Origin: Actinomycetota bacterium
GTDB lineage: Bacteria; Actinomycetota; Actinomycetes; Streptosporangiales; Streptosporangiaceae
Reading direction: 5' to 3'
DNA: 58,397 nt
NCBI GenBank assembly: GCA_003136255.1
Contig: PLDT01000083.1
Coordinates: 2,899 to 61,295 of the forward strand
The translations under genes and the position numbers were made by a program. The notes under the pieces are model-generated. The model worked only from the letters and a program-made list of their open reading frames with translations. It searched no databases and was not told the DNA's origin. How positions within the stretch are numbered: position 1 is the first letter of the stretch; each line of letters opens with the position of its first letter. Positions 26,454-36,795 of this stretch are shown here, in pieces.

Positions 26454-27824
26454 GTGATTACCGTGGACAGGCAGGAAGAGTTCGTACTGCGCACGCTGGA
26501 GGAGCGGGACATCAGGTTCGTCCGGCTCTGGTTTACCGACGTGCTCGGCACGCTGAAGTCGGTGGCGGTCGCCCCCGCTGAGCTGGAGGGCGCGTTCGCC
26601 GACGGGATCGGCTTCGACGGCTCGGCGATCGAGGGCTTCGCCCGGGTCTACGAGGCGGACATGATCGCCCGGCCGGACCCGTCGACGTTCCAGTTGCTGC
26701 CCTGGCGCGGAGAGTACCCGGGTGTGGCCCGGATGTTCTGCGACATCCTGCTGCCCGACGGGTCGCCGTCGTACGCGGATCCGCGCTGGGTGCTCAAGCG
26801 CAACCTGGCCCGGGCCTCCGAGCTCGGCTTCACCTTCTACGCGCACCCGGAGATCGAGTTCTTCCTGCTCCGGGAGCGGCCGGAGCCGGGCGCCAAGCCG
26901 CGTCCCATCGATACCGGCGGCTACTACGACCACACGCCGCACAGCATCGCGCACGACTTCCGCCGCACCGCGATCACCATGCTGGAGTCGATGGGCATCT
27001 CGGTGGAGTACAGCCACCACGAGGGCGCTCCCGGGCAGCAGGAGATCGACCTGCGCTACGCCGACGCGCTGACCACCGCCGACAACATCATGTCGTTCCG
27101 CCTGGTGATGAAGGAGGTGGCGATCGAGCAGGGCGTGTACGCCACCTTCATGCCCAAGCCGTTCACCGATCATCCCGGCTCCGGCATGCACACCCACGTG
27201 TCGCTGTTCGAGGGGGACAAGAACGCGTTCTACGAGGCGGGCGCGGAGTTCCAGCTGTCCAAGACGGCCCGGGCCTTCATAGCCGGGCTGCTGCGCCACG
27301 CGCCGGAGATCACCGCGGTGTGCAACCAGTGGGTGAACTCCTACAAGCGGCTGTGGGGCGCGGAGGAGCGGACCGCGGGCGCCGGCGGGGAAGCCCCGGC
27401 CTACGTGTGCTGGGGGCACAACAACCGCTCGGCCCTGGTCCGAGTGCCGATGTACAAGCCGCAGAAGGGCAACTCCACCCGGGTGGAGTTCCGTTCGGTG
27501 GACGCTGCCTGCAACCCGTACCTGGCCTTCGCCGTGATCCTGGCCGCCGGCCTGAAGGGCATCGAAGACGACTACGAGCTGCCGCCCGGTGCCGAGGACG
27601 ACGTGTGGGCGCTGACCTCCGCTGAGCGCCGCGCGCTGGGCATCCGGCCGCTGCCGCAGGACCTGGACCAGGCGATCAAGGTCATGCAGGACAGCGAACT
27701 CGTCGCCGAGACCCTGGGGGAGCACGTCTTCGACTTCTTCCTGCGCAACAAGCGTGAGGAGTGGCAGGAGTACCGCCGCCAGGTCACCGAGTACGAACTG
27801 AGCCGCTACCTTCCGATGCTATGA
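26454..27824 (+). CDS. glnA: type I glutamine synthetase (GlnA2-like)
   Basis: 456 aa. RFVRLWFTDVLG, HPGSGMHTHVSLF and NRSALVRVP motifs. Confidence 0.93.
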   Translation: MITVDRQEEFVLRTLEERDIRFVRLWFTDVLGTLKSVAVAPAELEGAFADGIGFDGSAIEGFARVYEADMIARPDPSTFQLLPWRGEYPGVARMFCDILLPDGSPSYADPRWVLKRNLARASELGFTFYAHPEIEFFLLRERPEPGAKPRPIDTGGYYDHTPHSIAHDFRRTAITMLESMGISVEYSHHEGAPGQQEIDLRYADALTTADNIMSFRLVMKEVAIEQGVYATFMPKPFTDHPGSGMHTHVSLFEGDKNAFYEAGAEFQLSKTARAFIAGLLRHAPEITAVCNQWVNSYKRLWGAEERTAGAGGEAPAYVCWGHNNRSALVRVPMYKPQKGNSTRVEFRSVDAACNPYLAFAVILAAGLKGIEDDYELPPGAEDDVWALTSAERRALGIRPLPQDLDQAIKVMQDSELVAETLGEHVFDFFLRNKREEWQEYRRQVTEYELSRYLPML

Positions 27825-27883
27825 CCGCCTGGGCCGTAGCATTGAAATAGCGGCAGGCTTGACCTGAGGAGGCGCGACGGTCG

Positions 27884-28480
27884 ATGAGCGAGGGAGCACT
27901 ACAGCTCGACGACTTCAATAACCAGGATCTACGGGACGTTGCCGACAGGCTGCTTGAAACCACGCGGGTCGAGTATGTGGACGAGGGAGCCCTGCTGATC
28001 ATGAACCCGCCCGGCATCGAGCACCGTAGGATCGTGCGCAGTATTGTCCAGACTGTGATTCTGGCTTACCACACCGGCCAGGCCACGGTGGACTGGGCGG
28101 TTGACGAGAACTTCCAGTGGGAGTTCGCGGACGGGTCACGCCGCTTCTTCATCCCGGATATCGTGCTCATCCACCCGGACGCGGTTACCGCCGATGAGGA
28201 ACGGGCCTCCATAGCGCTGGCCGTCGAGGTGACGTCGCCGCCATCACGGGACGCGGTGTTCAACGACCGGACGGTCAAGCCGGTCCAGTACGCCAAGGGC
28301 CGCGTACCGCTGTACCTGCTCGTAGACCAGGAAGCCGGCCAGTGGACCCTACATGGGCTCGCCGAGGGCTGGCAGCGCTACCAGATCGTCGCCGAAGGCG
28401 CGTACGGCGATAACATCCCTCTCCCCGAGCCGCTCGGATTCGCGATCCCGACCGCCGCCTGGCCACGCTGGCCCGCCTGA
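27884..28480 (+). CDS. Uma2 (DUF820) family putative endonuclease
   Basis: 198 aa. PPGIEHRRIV, FIPDIVLI and LAVEVTSP...D...K...YA..GVPLYLLVD follow the restriction-endonuclease-like fold pattern. Confidence 0.75.
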   Translation: MSEGALQLDDFNNQDLRDVADRLLETTRVEYVDEGALLIMNPPGIEHRRIVRSIVQTVILAYHTGQATVDWAVDENFQWEFADGSRRFFIPDIVLIHPDAVTADEERASIALAVEVTSPPSRDAVFNDRTVKPVQYAKGRVPLYLLVDQEAGQWTLHGLAEGWQRYQIVAEGAYGDNIPLPEPLGFAIPTAAWPRWPA

Positions 28481-28500
28481 ATCCTGCGGCCCCGGGCGCG

Positions 28501-30345
28501 TCACTCCTCGAAGCGGCCGCCCAGGTACTTGGCCAGGAAGCGCTCGGCCGCGGCGTAGAACTTAATCCGGTTCTCCGGCTTGGCGAAGCCGTGGCCCTCG
28601 TCGGGGAACAGCATGTACTCGTAGTCGATCCCGGCCTCGGCCAGGGCGGCGACGATCTGCTCCGACTCGGCCTGCTTGACCCGCGGGTCGTTGGCGCCCT
28701 GGGCGATCAGCAGCGGGATGCGGATGTCACGGACCCGGGACAGCGGCGAGCGCGACCACAAGAACTCCTGGTCGGTCTCCGGGTTGCCGACCCGCCGGTA
28801 CAGCTGCGCCTTCACCGGCGCCCAGTACGGCGGGATCGTCTCGAGCAGCGTCTGCAGGTTGGACGGTCCGACGATGTCCACCGCGCAGCGGAACACGTCC
28901 GGGGTGAACGCTGCGCCGACCAGCGCCGCGTAGCCGCCGTAGGAGCCGCCGTAGATCGCGACCCGGCTCGGGTCGGCCCAGCCCTGCGCCACCACGTACC
29001 CGACCGCGTCGATAAGGTCGTCGTGCATCTTCGCGCCCCACTCGCGGTCGCCGGCGTTGACGAACGCCTTGCCGTAGCCGGTCGAGCCGCGGTAGTTCAC
29101 CTGGATGCACAGGTAGCCCCGGTTCGCGAACCACTGGGCCTCGGGGTTCCAGCCCCACACGTCGCGGACCTGCGGGCCGCCGTGCACGTCGAGCACGGCG
29201 GGCAGCCCGGACCGCCCCTCGCCCGGCGGGAACGTGACGTACCCGTGCACGGTCAGCCCGTCCCGGGACGTGAACGAGAACGGCTCCATCCGGGCTAGCT
29301 CGTAGCGTGAGAGCTCGGGACGGCTGTCGAGCAGGAAGCTGCCGGTGCGGGTGGCCCGGTCGTAGGCGTAGTACCGGACCGGGCCGGCGTCGTCGGTGAA
29401 GGCGACCAGCCACGTGGCGTCAGCCTCATCCCGGTCGGCCAGCTGCGGATCGCCGGTGTGCAGCGCCCGGACCGCCTCGTAGTCGGCCTGCACCGCGGGG
29501 TCGAGCACGTGATACTCGGCGCGGTCCTTGAGCACCACGGCGATCTGAGGTTCGCGGGTGTCCGGGTGCAAGATGGCGCCCGCCACGTCCGCGTCGGGGT
29601 CTTCGAGCAGCACCCGGTCCTCGCCCGAGGCAATGTCGACCTTGACCAGCCGGCCGGTGTTCACCCCGACCGAGCTGATGCCAATCAGCGACTTACCGTC
29701 GCCGGTGAACCCCAGCACGTGGCTGGCCGAGGCATCGTCGGACGGGATGGTCAGCAGTTTCCGCCAGTCTGCCGCGGCGTCGTCGCGCACCAGCAGGTCG
29801 AAGCCGCCGTCGGGCAGCGGGACGAGTGCCCCGCGCACCACCAGGTCCTCGTCGGCGAGCCAGCCCGCGTACCCGGGGTTCTCGATCAGCTTGGCCAGCT
29901 CCCCGGTCTTCAGGTCCAGCCGGTAGACGTCGTGCAGCTGCGGGTTATCCCGGTTCATGCCGACCAGGAGCTCGTCGCGGTGGTTCTTGCTGCTGGCGAT
30001 GATCCGCGCCTGGATGCCGTCGTACGGCGTCAGGTCGCGCCTGGCCATGGTCTCAAGGTCGATGTCGTACAGCCGCCAGTTCTCGTCACCGCCAGTGTCC
30101 TGCAGGTACAGCAGGTGCCTGCCGTCCCACGCCCAGCCGAACACCCGGACGCCCCGGTCGGTGTCCTCGGTCACGACCGTGGCGGCGTCCCAGTCGACGC
30201 CATCGGCCCCGATCGGCGCGAGCCAGACGTTGAGCACCCCCTCGTGCGGCGCGATCCAGGCTAGGCGGGTGCCGTCGGGGGAGATTTGCGGGCTGATGCG
30301 CTCCGGGTTGCCGAACAGCACCTGACGCGGGATGAGATCGACCAT
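28501..30345 (-). CDS. S9 family serine peptidase (prolyl oligopeptidase/dipeptidyl peptidase-like)
   Basis: N-terminal beta-propeller-like region, GGSYGGY nucleophile elbow, and a C-terminal D...H context (GANDPRV, DEGHGF). Confidence 0.9.
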   Translation of the reverse strand: MVDLIPRQVLFGNPERISPQISPDGTRLAWIAPHEGVLNVWLAPIGADGVDWDAATVVTEDTDRGVRVFGWAWDGRHLLYLQDTGGDENWRLYDIDLETMARRDLTPYDGIQARIIASSKNHRDELLVGMNRDNPQLHDVYRLDLKTGELAKLIENPGYAGWLADEDLVVRGALVPLPDGGFDLLVRDDAAADWRKLLTIPSDDASASHVLGFTGDGKSLIGISSVGVNTGRLVKVDIASGEDRVLLEDPDADVAGAILHPDTREPQIAVVLKDRAEYHVLDPAVQADYEAVRALHTGDPQLADRDEADATWLVAFTDDAGPVRYYAYDRATRTGSFLLDSRPELSRYELARMEPFSFTSRDGLTVHGYVTFPPGEGRSGLPAVLDVHGGPQVRDVWGWNPEAQWFANRGYLCIQVNYRGSTGYGKAFVNAGDREWGAKMHDDLIDAVGYVVAQGWADPSRVAIYGGSYGGYAALVGAAFTPDVFRCAVDIVGPSNLQTLLETIPPYWAPVKAQLYRRVGNPETDQEFLWSRSPLSRVRDIRIPLLIAQGANDPRVKQAESEQIVAALAEAGIDYEYMLFPDEGHGFAKPENRIKFYAAAERFLAKYLGGRFEE

Positions 30346-30432
30346 GGCCCATGCCTATCACACGGGCCGCAGCGCCCGGACCGGCCAGCCACTGGGTTCG
30401 CTGACAGGAAACAACCCCGAGCTGTCGGCTCG

Positions 30433-31902
30433 TTAACCCGAGAACCAGCGCGCGGGGGCCGGGCGGGTGTTGTGGTAAATGTGCTTCTTCTCCTGGTACT
30501 CGTCCAGGCCCGAGGGGCCGAGTTCGCGGCCGATGCCGGACCGGCCGAACCCGCCCCACTCCGCCTGCGGCAGGTAGGGGTGGTAGTCGTTGATCCACAC
30601 CGTGCCGTGGCGCAGCGCGCCCGCGACCCGCTCGGCCCGGCCCGCGTCCGAGGTCCACACCGCGCCCGCCAGGCCGTACGCGGTGTCGTTGCCGAGCCGG
30701 ATCGCCTCGTTCTCGGTGCCGAACCGCTCGACGGTCACGACCGGCCCGAATACCTCGTCCTGTACCACCGCCATCTCCCGGCGGCACTCGGCGAACACCG
30801 TAGGCCGCAGGAAGAACCCCTGAGCCAGCGAGGGCGACGACGGCCGCTCGCCCCCGGCCCGCAGCGACGCCCCCTCGGCCAGCCCGAGCGCGATGTACCG
30901 CTCCACCTTGGCCCGGTGCGCCGCGGAGATCAGCGGTCCGCACTCGGTGTCCGGGTCCAGGCCGTTGCCCAGCCGGATCCGGTCCGCGCGGGCGGCCAGC
31001 TCGGCGACGAAGCTGTCGTGCAGGCGGTCCTGCACGATCAGCCGGGCGCCGGCCGAGCACACCTGCCCGGAGTGCAGGAACGCCGCGGTCAGCGCGTTGT
31101 CGACCACGGTGTCGAAGTCGGTGTCGTCGAAGACGATGTTCGGGTTCTTGCCGCCCAGCTCGAGCGCCACCCGCCGCACCCCGTGCGCCGCCGAGGCCAT
31201 GATCTTCTCGCCGGTGCCGAGCCCGCCGGTGAACGAGATCAGGTCGACGCCCGGGTGCGCGACCAGCGCCTGGCCCACCGTCCCGCCCTGGCCGAGCAGC
31301 AGGTTCAGCACGCCCGGCGGGATCCCGGCCTCCTCGAACAGCCCGACCAGCGCGACCGTGGACAGCGGGGTCAGCTCGCTGGGCTTGACCACCGTCGTGT
31401 TGCCCGCGGCCAGCGCGGGCGCCAGCTTCCAGGAGATCTGCAGCAGCGGGTAGTTCCACGGCGCGATGAGCGCGCACACGCCGACCGGCTCGTGCGTGAT
31501 CCGGCTGACCACGCCGGTCCGGCCCGGATCGACCACCCGTCCCGCGTGCGAGCCCGCCAGCCCCGCGTAGTACCGGAACACCGCGGTCGTGTCGTCCACG
31601 TCGGCCCGCGCCTCGTTCAGCGTCTTGCCGGTGTCCAGGCTCTCGGTGTGGGCCAGCTGCTCGCGGTCCCGCTGCAAGAACTCCGCGATACGGCTGAGCA
31701 GCGCGGTGCGCTCGGTGATCGTCGACCGGCGCCACGGGCCCTCGTCGAACGCCTCCCGGGCCGCCGCCACGGCCGCGTCGACGTCCGCCGCCGACGCCTC
31801 GGCCAGATTCTCCAGCGGGGTCGCGTCGAACGGGTTGATGGTCTGGGACGTGCCCTCATCCGCGGCCGGTGTCCACTTGCCCGCGATGTACAGATACTTC
31901 AC
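30433..31902 (-). CDS. NAD(P)-dependent aldehyde dehydrogenase
   Basis: ELGGKNP and GQVCSAG catalytic motifs. GTG 31902 (VKYLYIAGKW) lies 7 nt after a GAGGGGAG RBS; the track ORF extends to 31929. Confidence 0.9.
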   Translation of the reverse strand: MKYLYIAGKWTPAADEGTSQTINPFDATPLENLAEASAADVDAAVAAAREAFDEGPWRRSTITERTALLSRIAEFLQRDREQLAHTESLDTGKTLNEARADVDDTTAVFRYYAGLAGSHAGRVVDPGRTGVVSRITHEPVGVCALIAPWNYPLLQISWKLAPALAAGNTTVVKPSELTPLSTVALVGLFEEAGIPPGVLNLLLGQGGTVGQALVAHPGVDLISFTGGLGTGEKIMASAAHGVRRVALELGGKNPNIVFDDTDFDTVVDNALTAAFLHSGQVCSAGARLIVQDRLHDSFVAELAARADRIRLGNGLDPDTECGPLISAAHRAKVERYIALGLAEGASLRAGGERPSSPSLAQGFFLRPTVFAECRREMAVVQDEVFGPVVTVERFGTENEAIRLGNDTAYGLAGAVWTSDAGRAERVAGALRHGTVWINDYHPYLPQAEWGGFGRSGIGRELGPSGLDEYQEKKHIYHNTRPAPARWFSG

Positions 31903-31964
31903 CGTGATTCTCCCCTCGCCTCCCGGCACTTACCGCACGGTAGCGGATCAACTAGTTTTGCAGC

Positions 31965-34900
31965 GTGAGCGGCTCGCGGACCACGCTGGCCGGGCGGCTG
32001 GCCCGGCTGGGTTTCGCGGACGCCGCGCGGGCCGAGCGCCTGCTGCTCACCGACCTCGGCGTCGACCCGGACGGCACCGGGAGCGAGCCGGACGCCGACC
32101 CGTTGCTGATCGCGCTGGCCGCCGCGGCCGATCCCGACCTGGCCCTGATCGGGCTGGCCCGGATGTTCGGCGCCACGGACGACCGGACCGCGTTGCGCCA
32201 GGCGCTACGCGACGAACCCGAGTTCCGCGACCGGCTGACCGCGGTCCTGGGCGTCAGCGCCGGCCTGGCCGACCACCTGACCCGGCACCCCGAAGACGCC
32301 CAGCTGCTCCGCGGCGACCTCGGCCGCCCCAGCCCGGCCGAGCTGCGCGAGCAGATGCTGCTGGCGGTCGGGGCCAGCCCGCGTCTGGCCGAGCCGGTCG
32401 CGGGCCAAGACGCCAAGGAAGAGCCGGTAGCGGCGCTGGCCGCGGCGTACCGGCGCCGCCTGCTGCACCTAGCCGCGCGCGACATGACCGCGGTGGTCAG
32501 CGTGGAGGAGGTGGTCGAGGAGCTGGCTGACATCGCCGCCGCGGTCCTCGAGGCGGCGCTGGCCGTGGCCCGGTCCGAGCTGGCTCCGGGGTCCGTGCCG
32601 TGCCGGCTGGCCGTGGTGGCCATGGGTAAGTGCGGCGCCCGCGAGCTGAACTACGCCAGCGACGTCGACGTGATCTTCGTCGCCGAACCGACCGGAAACG
32701 GAGCCGGGGACGAGACCGCGGCGCTGGCCACCGCCAGCCGCCTGGCCGCGGGCCTGATCGGCGTCTGCGCCCGGTCCACCCCCGAGGGCAGCATCTTCCC
32801 CGTCGACCCGAACCTCCGGCCCGAGGGCCGTCAGGGCCCGCTGGTCCGCACCCTGGCCAGCCACCGGGCTTACTACGAGCGCTGGGCGAAGACCTGGGAG
32901 TTCCAGGCGTTGCTCAAGGCCCGGCCGGTGGCGGGCGATATGGCCCTCGGCCAGGCCTACGCCGATACGTTCGCCCCGCTGGTCTGGCAGGCGGCGCGCC
33001 GCGAGCACTTCGTCGAGGACACCCAGGCCATGCGCCGCCGGGTGGAGCAGTCGCTGCCCGCCCGGCAGGCCGGGCGCGAGCTGAAGCTCGGCCCCGGCGG
33101 GCTGCGGGACATCGAGTTCGCCGTCCAGCTCCTGCAGCTGGTGCACGGGCGCACCGACGAGACGCTGCGCGCGCCCGCGACGTTGCCGGCGCTGGCGGCG
33201 CTGGCTGCGGGCGGGTACGTCGGCCGCGCCGACGCGGACGAACTGGCCGCCGCCTACCGGTTCCTGCGCCGCACCGAACACCTGCTGCAGCTGTACCGCC
33301 TCAGCCGGACCCACACCCTGCCCGAGGATCCCGCCGTACTGCGCAGGCTCGGCCGCGCGATGCGATCCTTTGATCTGCCGAACGGGCCGTGGTATCCGCC
33401 CTCGGGCACCATGAACCGCGCCGACCCCGCGTTCGAGTTCGACGCGATGTGGCGGCTGCACGCCCGGCAGGTCCGTCGGCTGCACGAGAAGCTGTTCTAC
33501 CGGCCGCTGCTGGACGCGGTGGCCCGGCTCCCGTCGGACGCGGCCCGGCTGACCCCGGCCGAGGCCCGGGCCCGGCTCGAGGCGCTCGGCTACGTCGACC
33601 CGGCGGGTGCGCTGCACCACATCGACGCGATGACCACGGGCGTGTCCCGGCGGGCGGCGATCCAGCGCACGCTGCTGCCGGTCCTGCTCGGCTGGTTCGC
33701 CGACGCCGCCGAGCCCGACGCGGGCCTGCTGGCCTTCCGCCAGGTCAGCGAGGCACTGGGGGAGAGCCCGTGGTACCTGAGGCTGCTGCGGGACGAAACC
33801 AAGGCGGCCGAGCGGATGGCTCGCGTGCTGGCGTCCAGCCGGTACGCCACCGGCCTGCTGCTGCGGGCGCCGGACGCGGTCGCGATGTTCGCCGACGACG
33901 CCGAGCTCGCGCCGCGCAGCCGGGCCGCGCTGCGCTCGGAGATGATGGCGGCGGCTTTGCGGTACGACGACGACGCCGAGGCCGCGGTGTCGGCGGTCCG
34001 GTCGGTCCGTCGCCGCGAGCTGCTCCGCATCTCCGCCGCCGACGTCCTGGGCGTCACCGAGGGCCTCGATGCCACCGGGGAGGCGCTGACCGGCGTCACC
34101 TGGGCCACGGTGCAGGTCGCGCTGGACGTGGCCCTCCGGAAGGTCTCCACCGAGCTGCGGCGGCCGCTGCCGACCAGGGTCGCCGTGATCGCGATGGGCC
34201 GGTTCGGCGGTCACGAGTCCGGCTACGGCAGCGACGCGGACGTGCTGTTCGTACACTGTCCAATCCCCGGCCAGCCGGAACGGGAGGCGGCGGACGCCGC
34301 GCACGCGGTGGCCGCCGAGCTGCGCCGGCTGCTCGCCCTGCCGGTGCCCGACCCGGCCCTGGTGGTGGACGCCGACCTGCGGCCGGACGGTCGGCAGGGC
34401 CCGCTGGTGCGCACGCTGGCCGCCTACCGGGCCTACTACCGGGGGCGGTCCGCGCCGTGGGAGGCACAGGCTCTGCTGCGCGCCGAGGCGGCCGCGGGGG
34501 ATACCGAGCTCGGCGACCGCTTCATCCGGATGATTGCCGAGTTCCGCTATCCCCTGTACGGGATCGATCCGGCCGCCGCGCGCGAGATCCGCCGCATCAA
34601 GGCCCGGATGGAGGCCGAGCGGATCCCGCGCGGCGCGGACCGGGCGCTGCACGTCAAGCTGGGCCCGGGCGGGCTGTCCGACGTGGAATGGACGATCCAG
34701 CTGCTCCAGCTGCAGCACGCCCACGCGGTGCCCGCGCTGCGCACCACCCGGACCGGCGAGGCGATGGCGGCCGCGGTGCAGGACGGCCTGCTGCCCGCCG
34801 ACGACGCGGCCGCGCTCATGACCGCCTGGCACCTGGCCGCGCGGATCAGGAACGCGATCGTGCTGGTCCGCGGACGGCCTAGCGACACGTTGCCGACCCG

Positions 34901-35033
34901 GCACGGCGAGCTGACCGCGGTGGCTCGCCTGCTCGGCTACCCGCCAGGCGACGCCGCGCAGGCCCTGGAGCAGGACTACCGCCGCGCCGCCCGCCGGGCC
35001 CGCACGGTCATGGAGTCCCGTTTCTACGGGTAG
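31965..35033 (+). CDS. glnE: bifunctional glutamine synthetase adenylyltransferase/adenylyl-removing enzyme
   Basis: 1022 aa with two nucleotidyltransferase modules (GKCGARELNYASDVDVIFV and GRFGGHESGYGSDADVLFV). Confidence 0.95.
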   Translation: MSGSRTTLAGRLARLGFADAARAERLLLTDLGVDPDGTGSEPDADPLLIALAAAADPDLALIGLARMFGATDDRTALRQALRDEPEFRDRLTAVLGVSAGLADHLTRHPEDAQLLRGDLGRPSPAELREQMLLAVGASPRLAEPVAGQDAKEEPVAALAAAYRRRLLHLAARDMTAVVSVEEVVEELADIAAAVLEAALAVARSELAPGSVPCRLAVVAMGKCGARELNYASDVDVIFVAEPTGNGAGDETAALATASRLAAGLIGVCARSTPEGSIFPVDPNLRPEGRQGPLVRTLASHRAYYERWAKTWEFQALLKARPVAGDMALGQAYADTFAPLVWQAARREHFVEDTQAMRRRVEQSLPARQAGRELKLGPGGLRDIEFAVQLLQLVHGRTDETLRAPATLPALAALAAGGYVGRADADELAAAYRFLRRTEHLLQLYRLSRTHTLPEDPAVLRRLGRAMRSFDLPNGPWYPPSGTMNRADPAFEFDAMWRLHARQVRRLHEKLFYRPLLDAVARLPSDAARLTPAEARARLEALGYVDPAGALHHIDAMTTGVSRRAAIQRTLLPVLLGWFADAAEPDAGLLAFRQVSEALGESPWYLRLLRDETKAAERMARVLASSRYATGLLLRAPDAVAMFADDAELAPRSRAALRSEMMAAALRYDDDAEAAVSAVRSVRRRELLRISAADVLGVTEGLDATGEALTGVTWATVQVALDVALRKVSTELRRPLPTRVAVIAMGRFGGHESGYGSDADVLFVHCPIPGQPEREAADAAHAVAAELRRLLALPVPDPALVVDADLRPDGRQGPLVRTLAAYRAYYRGRSAPWEAQALLRAEAAAGDTELGDRFIRMIAEFRYPLYGIDPAAAREIRRIKARMEAERIPRGADRALHVKLGPGGLSDVEWTIQLLQLQHAHAVPALRTTRTGEAMAAAVQDGLLPADDAAALMTAWHLAARIRNAIVLVRGRPSDTLPTRHGELTAVARLLGYPPGDAAQALEQDYRRAARRARTVMESRFYG

Positions 35034-35929
35034 GCCAGGTAGCCATTGGCCCGCAGCAGCCGCAGCGCATCGACGGTCAGGAAGCCGCGCCATTCGGTTT
35101 CCGCGGCCGGGGACCAGGCCAGCCAGTTGAACGTCCAGCCGCCGTCCTCGCGCTGCGCCTGGGCCAGATGGTCCAGGTGCGCCTTGATCGTGGCCTGGTC
35201 GAACAGCTCGCGCGCCAGCGAATCAGGCTGGGGCGCGAAGGCCAGCGGGGAGTGCACCTCACCGGGTGCCTCGGGATCGAGCGCCACCAGGTCCCGGTCG
35301 ATGATCAGCGGCCCGATCCGGCCGAAGGCCTGGCGGGCCCGGTCCCGGTCCGGCACGTGTTGCAGGAACGCCAGCAGGCCGAACATCTCGTAGCCGCCGC
35401 CCGGCCCGCTTTGCAGCTCGTTCCCGCCCTGCTCGGCCAGCGCGCCGATCCGGGCCCACATCAGGTCGTCGGCCCGGTCGAGCCAGGGGTCGCTGACCCC
35501 GCGGGCGTGCAGCGTGCCCGCGATCAGGCCGGTCGCGATGACCGAGGCGGGATGACCCGTCTCGGGGACCCACCACGGCGCGTGCGGCCAGCCGGACAGC
35601 GTCCCCTCGACGAAGGCCGCGCCGCCCTCGGCGGGCGCGACCGCCGCGAGCCAGTCGCAGGCGCCGCGGACCAGTGCGTCGTCCCACGCGTCAGCCTCGT
35701 CCAAGATCCGCAGGGCCATGTCGACCGCCAGCGGCTGGCTGCCCGGGGCGCGGCAGTCGGGTTCGAGGGCCTGCCCGAACCCGCCGTCCTCGTTGCGGTA
35801 GGCGGCCACCGCGTCCCGTACCGGCTGGGCGTCGTCGTCGCCGAACAGCCGCTGGCACCGCCGCCGGTCGATAATCCTCGCGCTGGCGGCGATAAACGTA
35901 GCGGCAGCATCGAAGTCAGGAGCGTTCAT
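35024..35929 (-). CDS. prenyltransferase/squalene-cyclase-like alpha/alpha-toroid repeat protein (function unknown)
   Basis: 301 aa. NEDGGFG and REDGGWTFNW repeat motifs. Confidence 0.55.
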   Translation of the reverse strand: MNAPDFDAAATFIAASARIIDRRRCQRLFGDDDAQPVRDAVAAYRNEDGGFGQALEPDCRAPGSQPLAVDMALRILDEADAWDDALVRGACDWLAAVAPAEGGAAFVEGTLSGWPHAPWWVPETGHPASVIATGLIAGTLHARGVSDPWLDRADDLMWARIGALAEQGGNELQSGPGGGYEMFGLLAFLQHVPDRDRARQAFGRIGPLIIDRDLVALDPEAPGEVHSPLAFAPQPDSLARELFDQATIKAHLDHLAQAQREDGGWTFNWLAWSPAAETEWRGFLTVDALRLLRANGYLAYP

Positions 35930-35999
35930 CCGCCCATCACAGCACGGCCGGGGCGTCCCGTATTGAACGAAACGGCCACCGCCGTGGCATGCTAGCTGG

Positions 36000-36785
36000 G
36001 TGGCACTGCAGGCCGTCCGCGTGCGTGACCTGCCGCCCGGCTACACGGAATGGCCGGCCCCGGCCGGGCTGCGGCACGCCATCGCGTGCCTGTGGGCCCA
36101 GGTCATCCCGGATGGCGGCCTGGACCGTATCGTCCTGGTGCTGCCCGACGCGTGCAGCGACCTGATTTGGGAGCAGGGCCGGGGCGCATCCGTGGCCGGC
36201 CCGGATACCGGACCGGTCAGCACCGTGGTGAAGGCGGGCGCGGTGGTCCTCGGCGTCCGTTTCCGGCCTGAGGCGGGCGGCCCGGCACTCGGCGTTCCGC
36301 TGAGCGAACTCCGCGACCAGCGCGTCGACCTGGAGGACCTGCTCCGGCCCGGGGCGCGGCGGCTGCCGGGCACGCTGGACCCGGATGCCGCTGCGATCCA
36401 GGCCCTGGAACTGACCGCCGCCCTCGTCGCCGACGCCGACCCCGACCCGGCCGCGACCCAGGCCACGGTCCTGCTGGCCGACCCGCGAGCGCGAGCCGAA
36501 GACGTCGCGGCTGAGGTCGGGCTGAGCATCCGGCAGCTGCGCCGCCGCTGCCACGCGGTCGTCGGCTACGGCCCCAAGACCCTGCAGCGAGTGCTCCGTT
36601 TCCGCCGGTTCGTCTCCCGTATCGACGCCGGCCCCGGCGGACCAGGCGCCCTGGACCTAGCCGCCCTCGCGGCGCAAGCCGGCTACGCCGACCAGGCTCA
36701 CCTGACCAGGGAATGCCACCAGCTGGCCGGCCTGACCCCCGCCGCCCTGGTCAGGCAGCGAGCAGCGAACCAGAACACCGGCTGA
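36000..36785 (+). CDS. AraC family transcriptional regulator
   Basis: C-terminal HTH_18-like region VGLSIRQLRRRCHAVVGYGPKTLQRVLRF ... AGYADQAHLTRECHQLAGLTP. Confidence 0.8.
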   Translation: MALQAVRVRDLPPGYTEWPAPAGLRHAIACLWAQVIPDGGLDRIVLVLPDACSDLIWEQGRGASVAGPDTGPVSTVVKAGAVVLGVRFRPEAGGPALGVPLSELRDQRVDLEDLLRPGARRLPGTLDPDAAAIQALELTAALVADADPDPAATQATVLLADPRARAEDVAAEVGLSIRQLRRRCHAVVGYGPKTLQRVLRFRRFVSRIDAGPGGPGALDLAALAAQAGYADQAHLTRECHQLAGLTPAALVRQRAANQNTG

Positions 36786-36795
36786 CCTAAAGGGA

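Noticed and set aside
32469-35093. 874-aa minus-strand ORF covering most of glnE
   Set aside because: It lies antisense to a well-supported glnE frame. Its composition is dominated by Arg/Gly/Pro/Ala with no recognisable motifs, which is the typical shadow frame of a >70 percent G+C genome.
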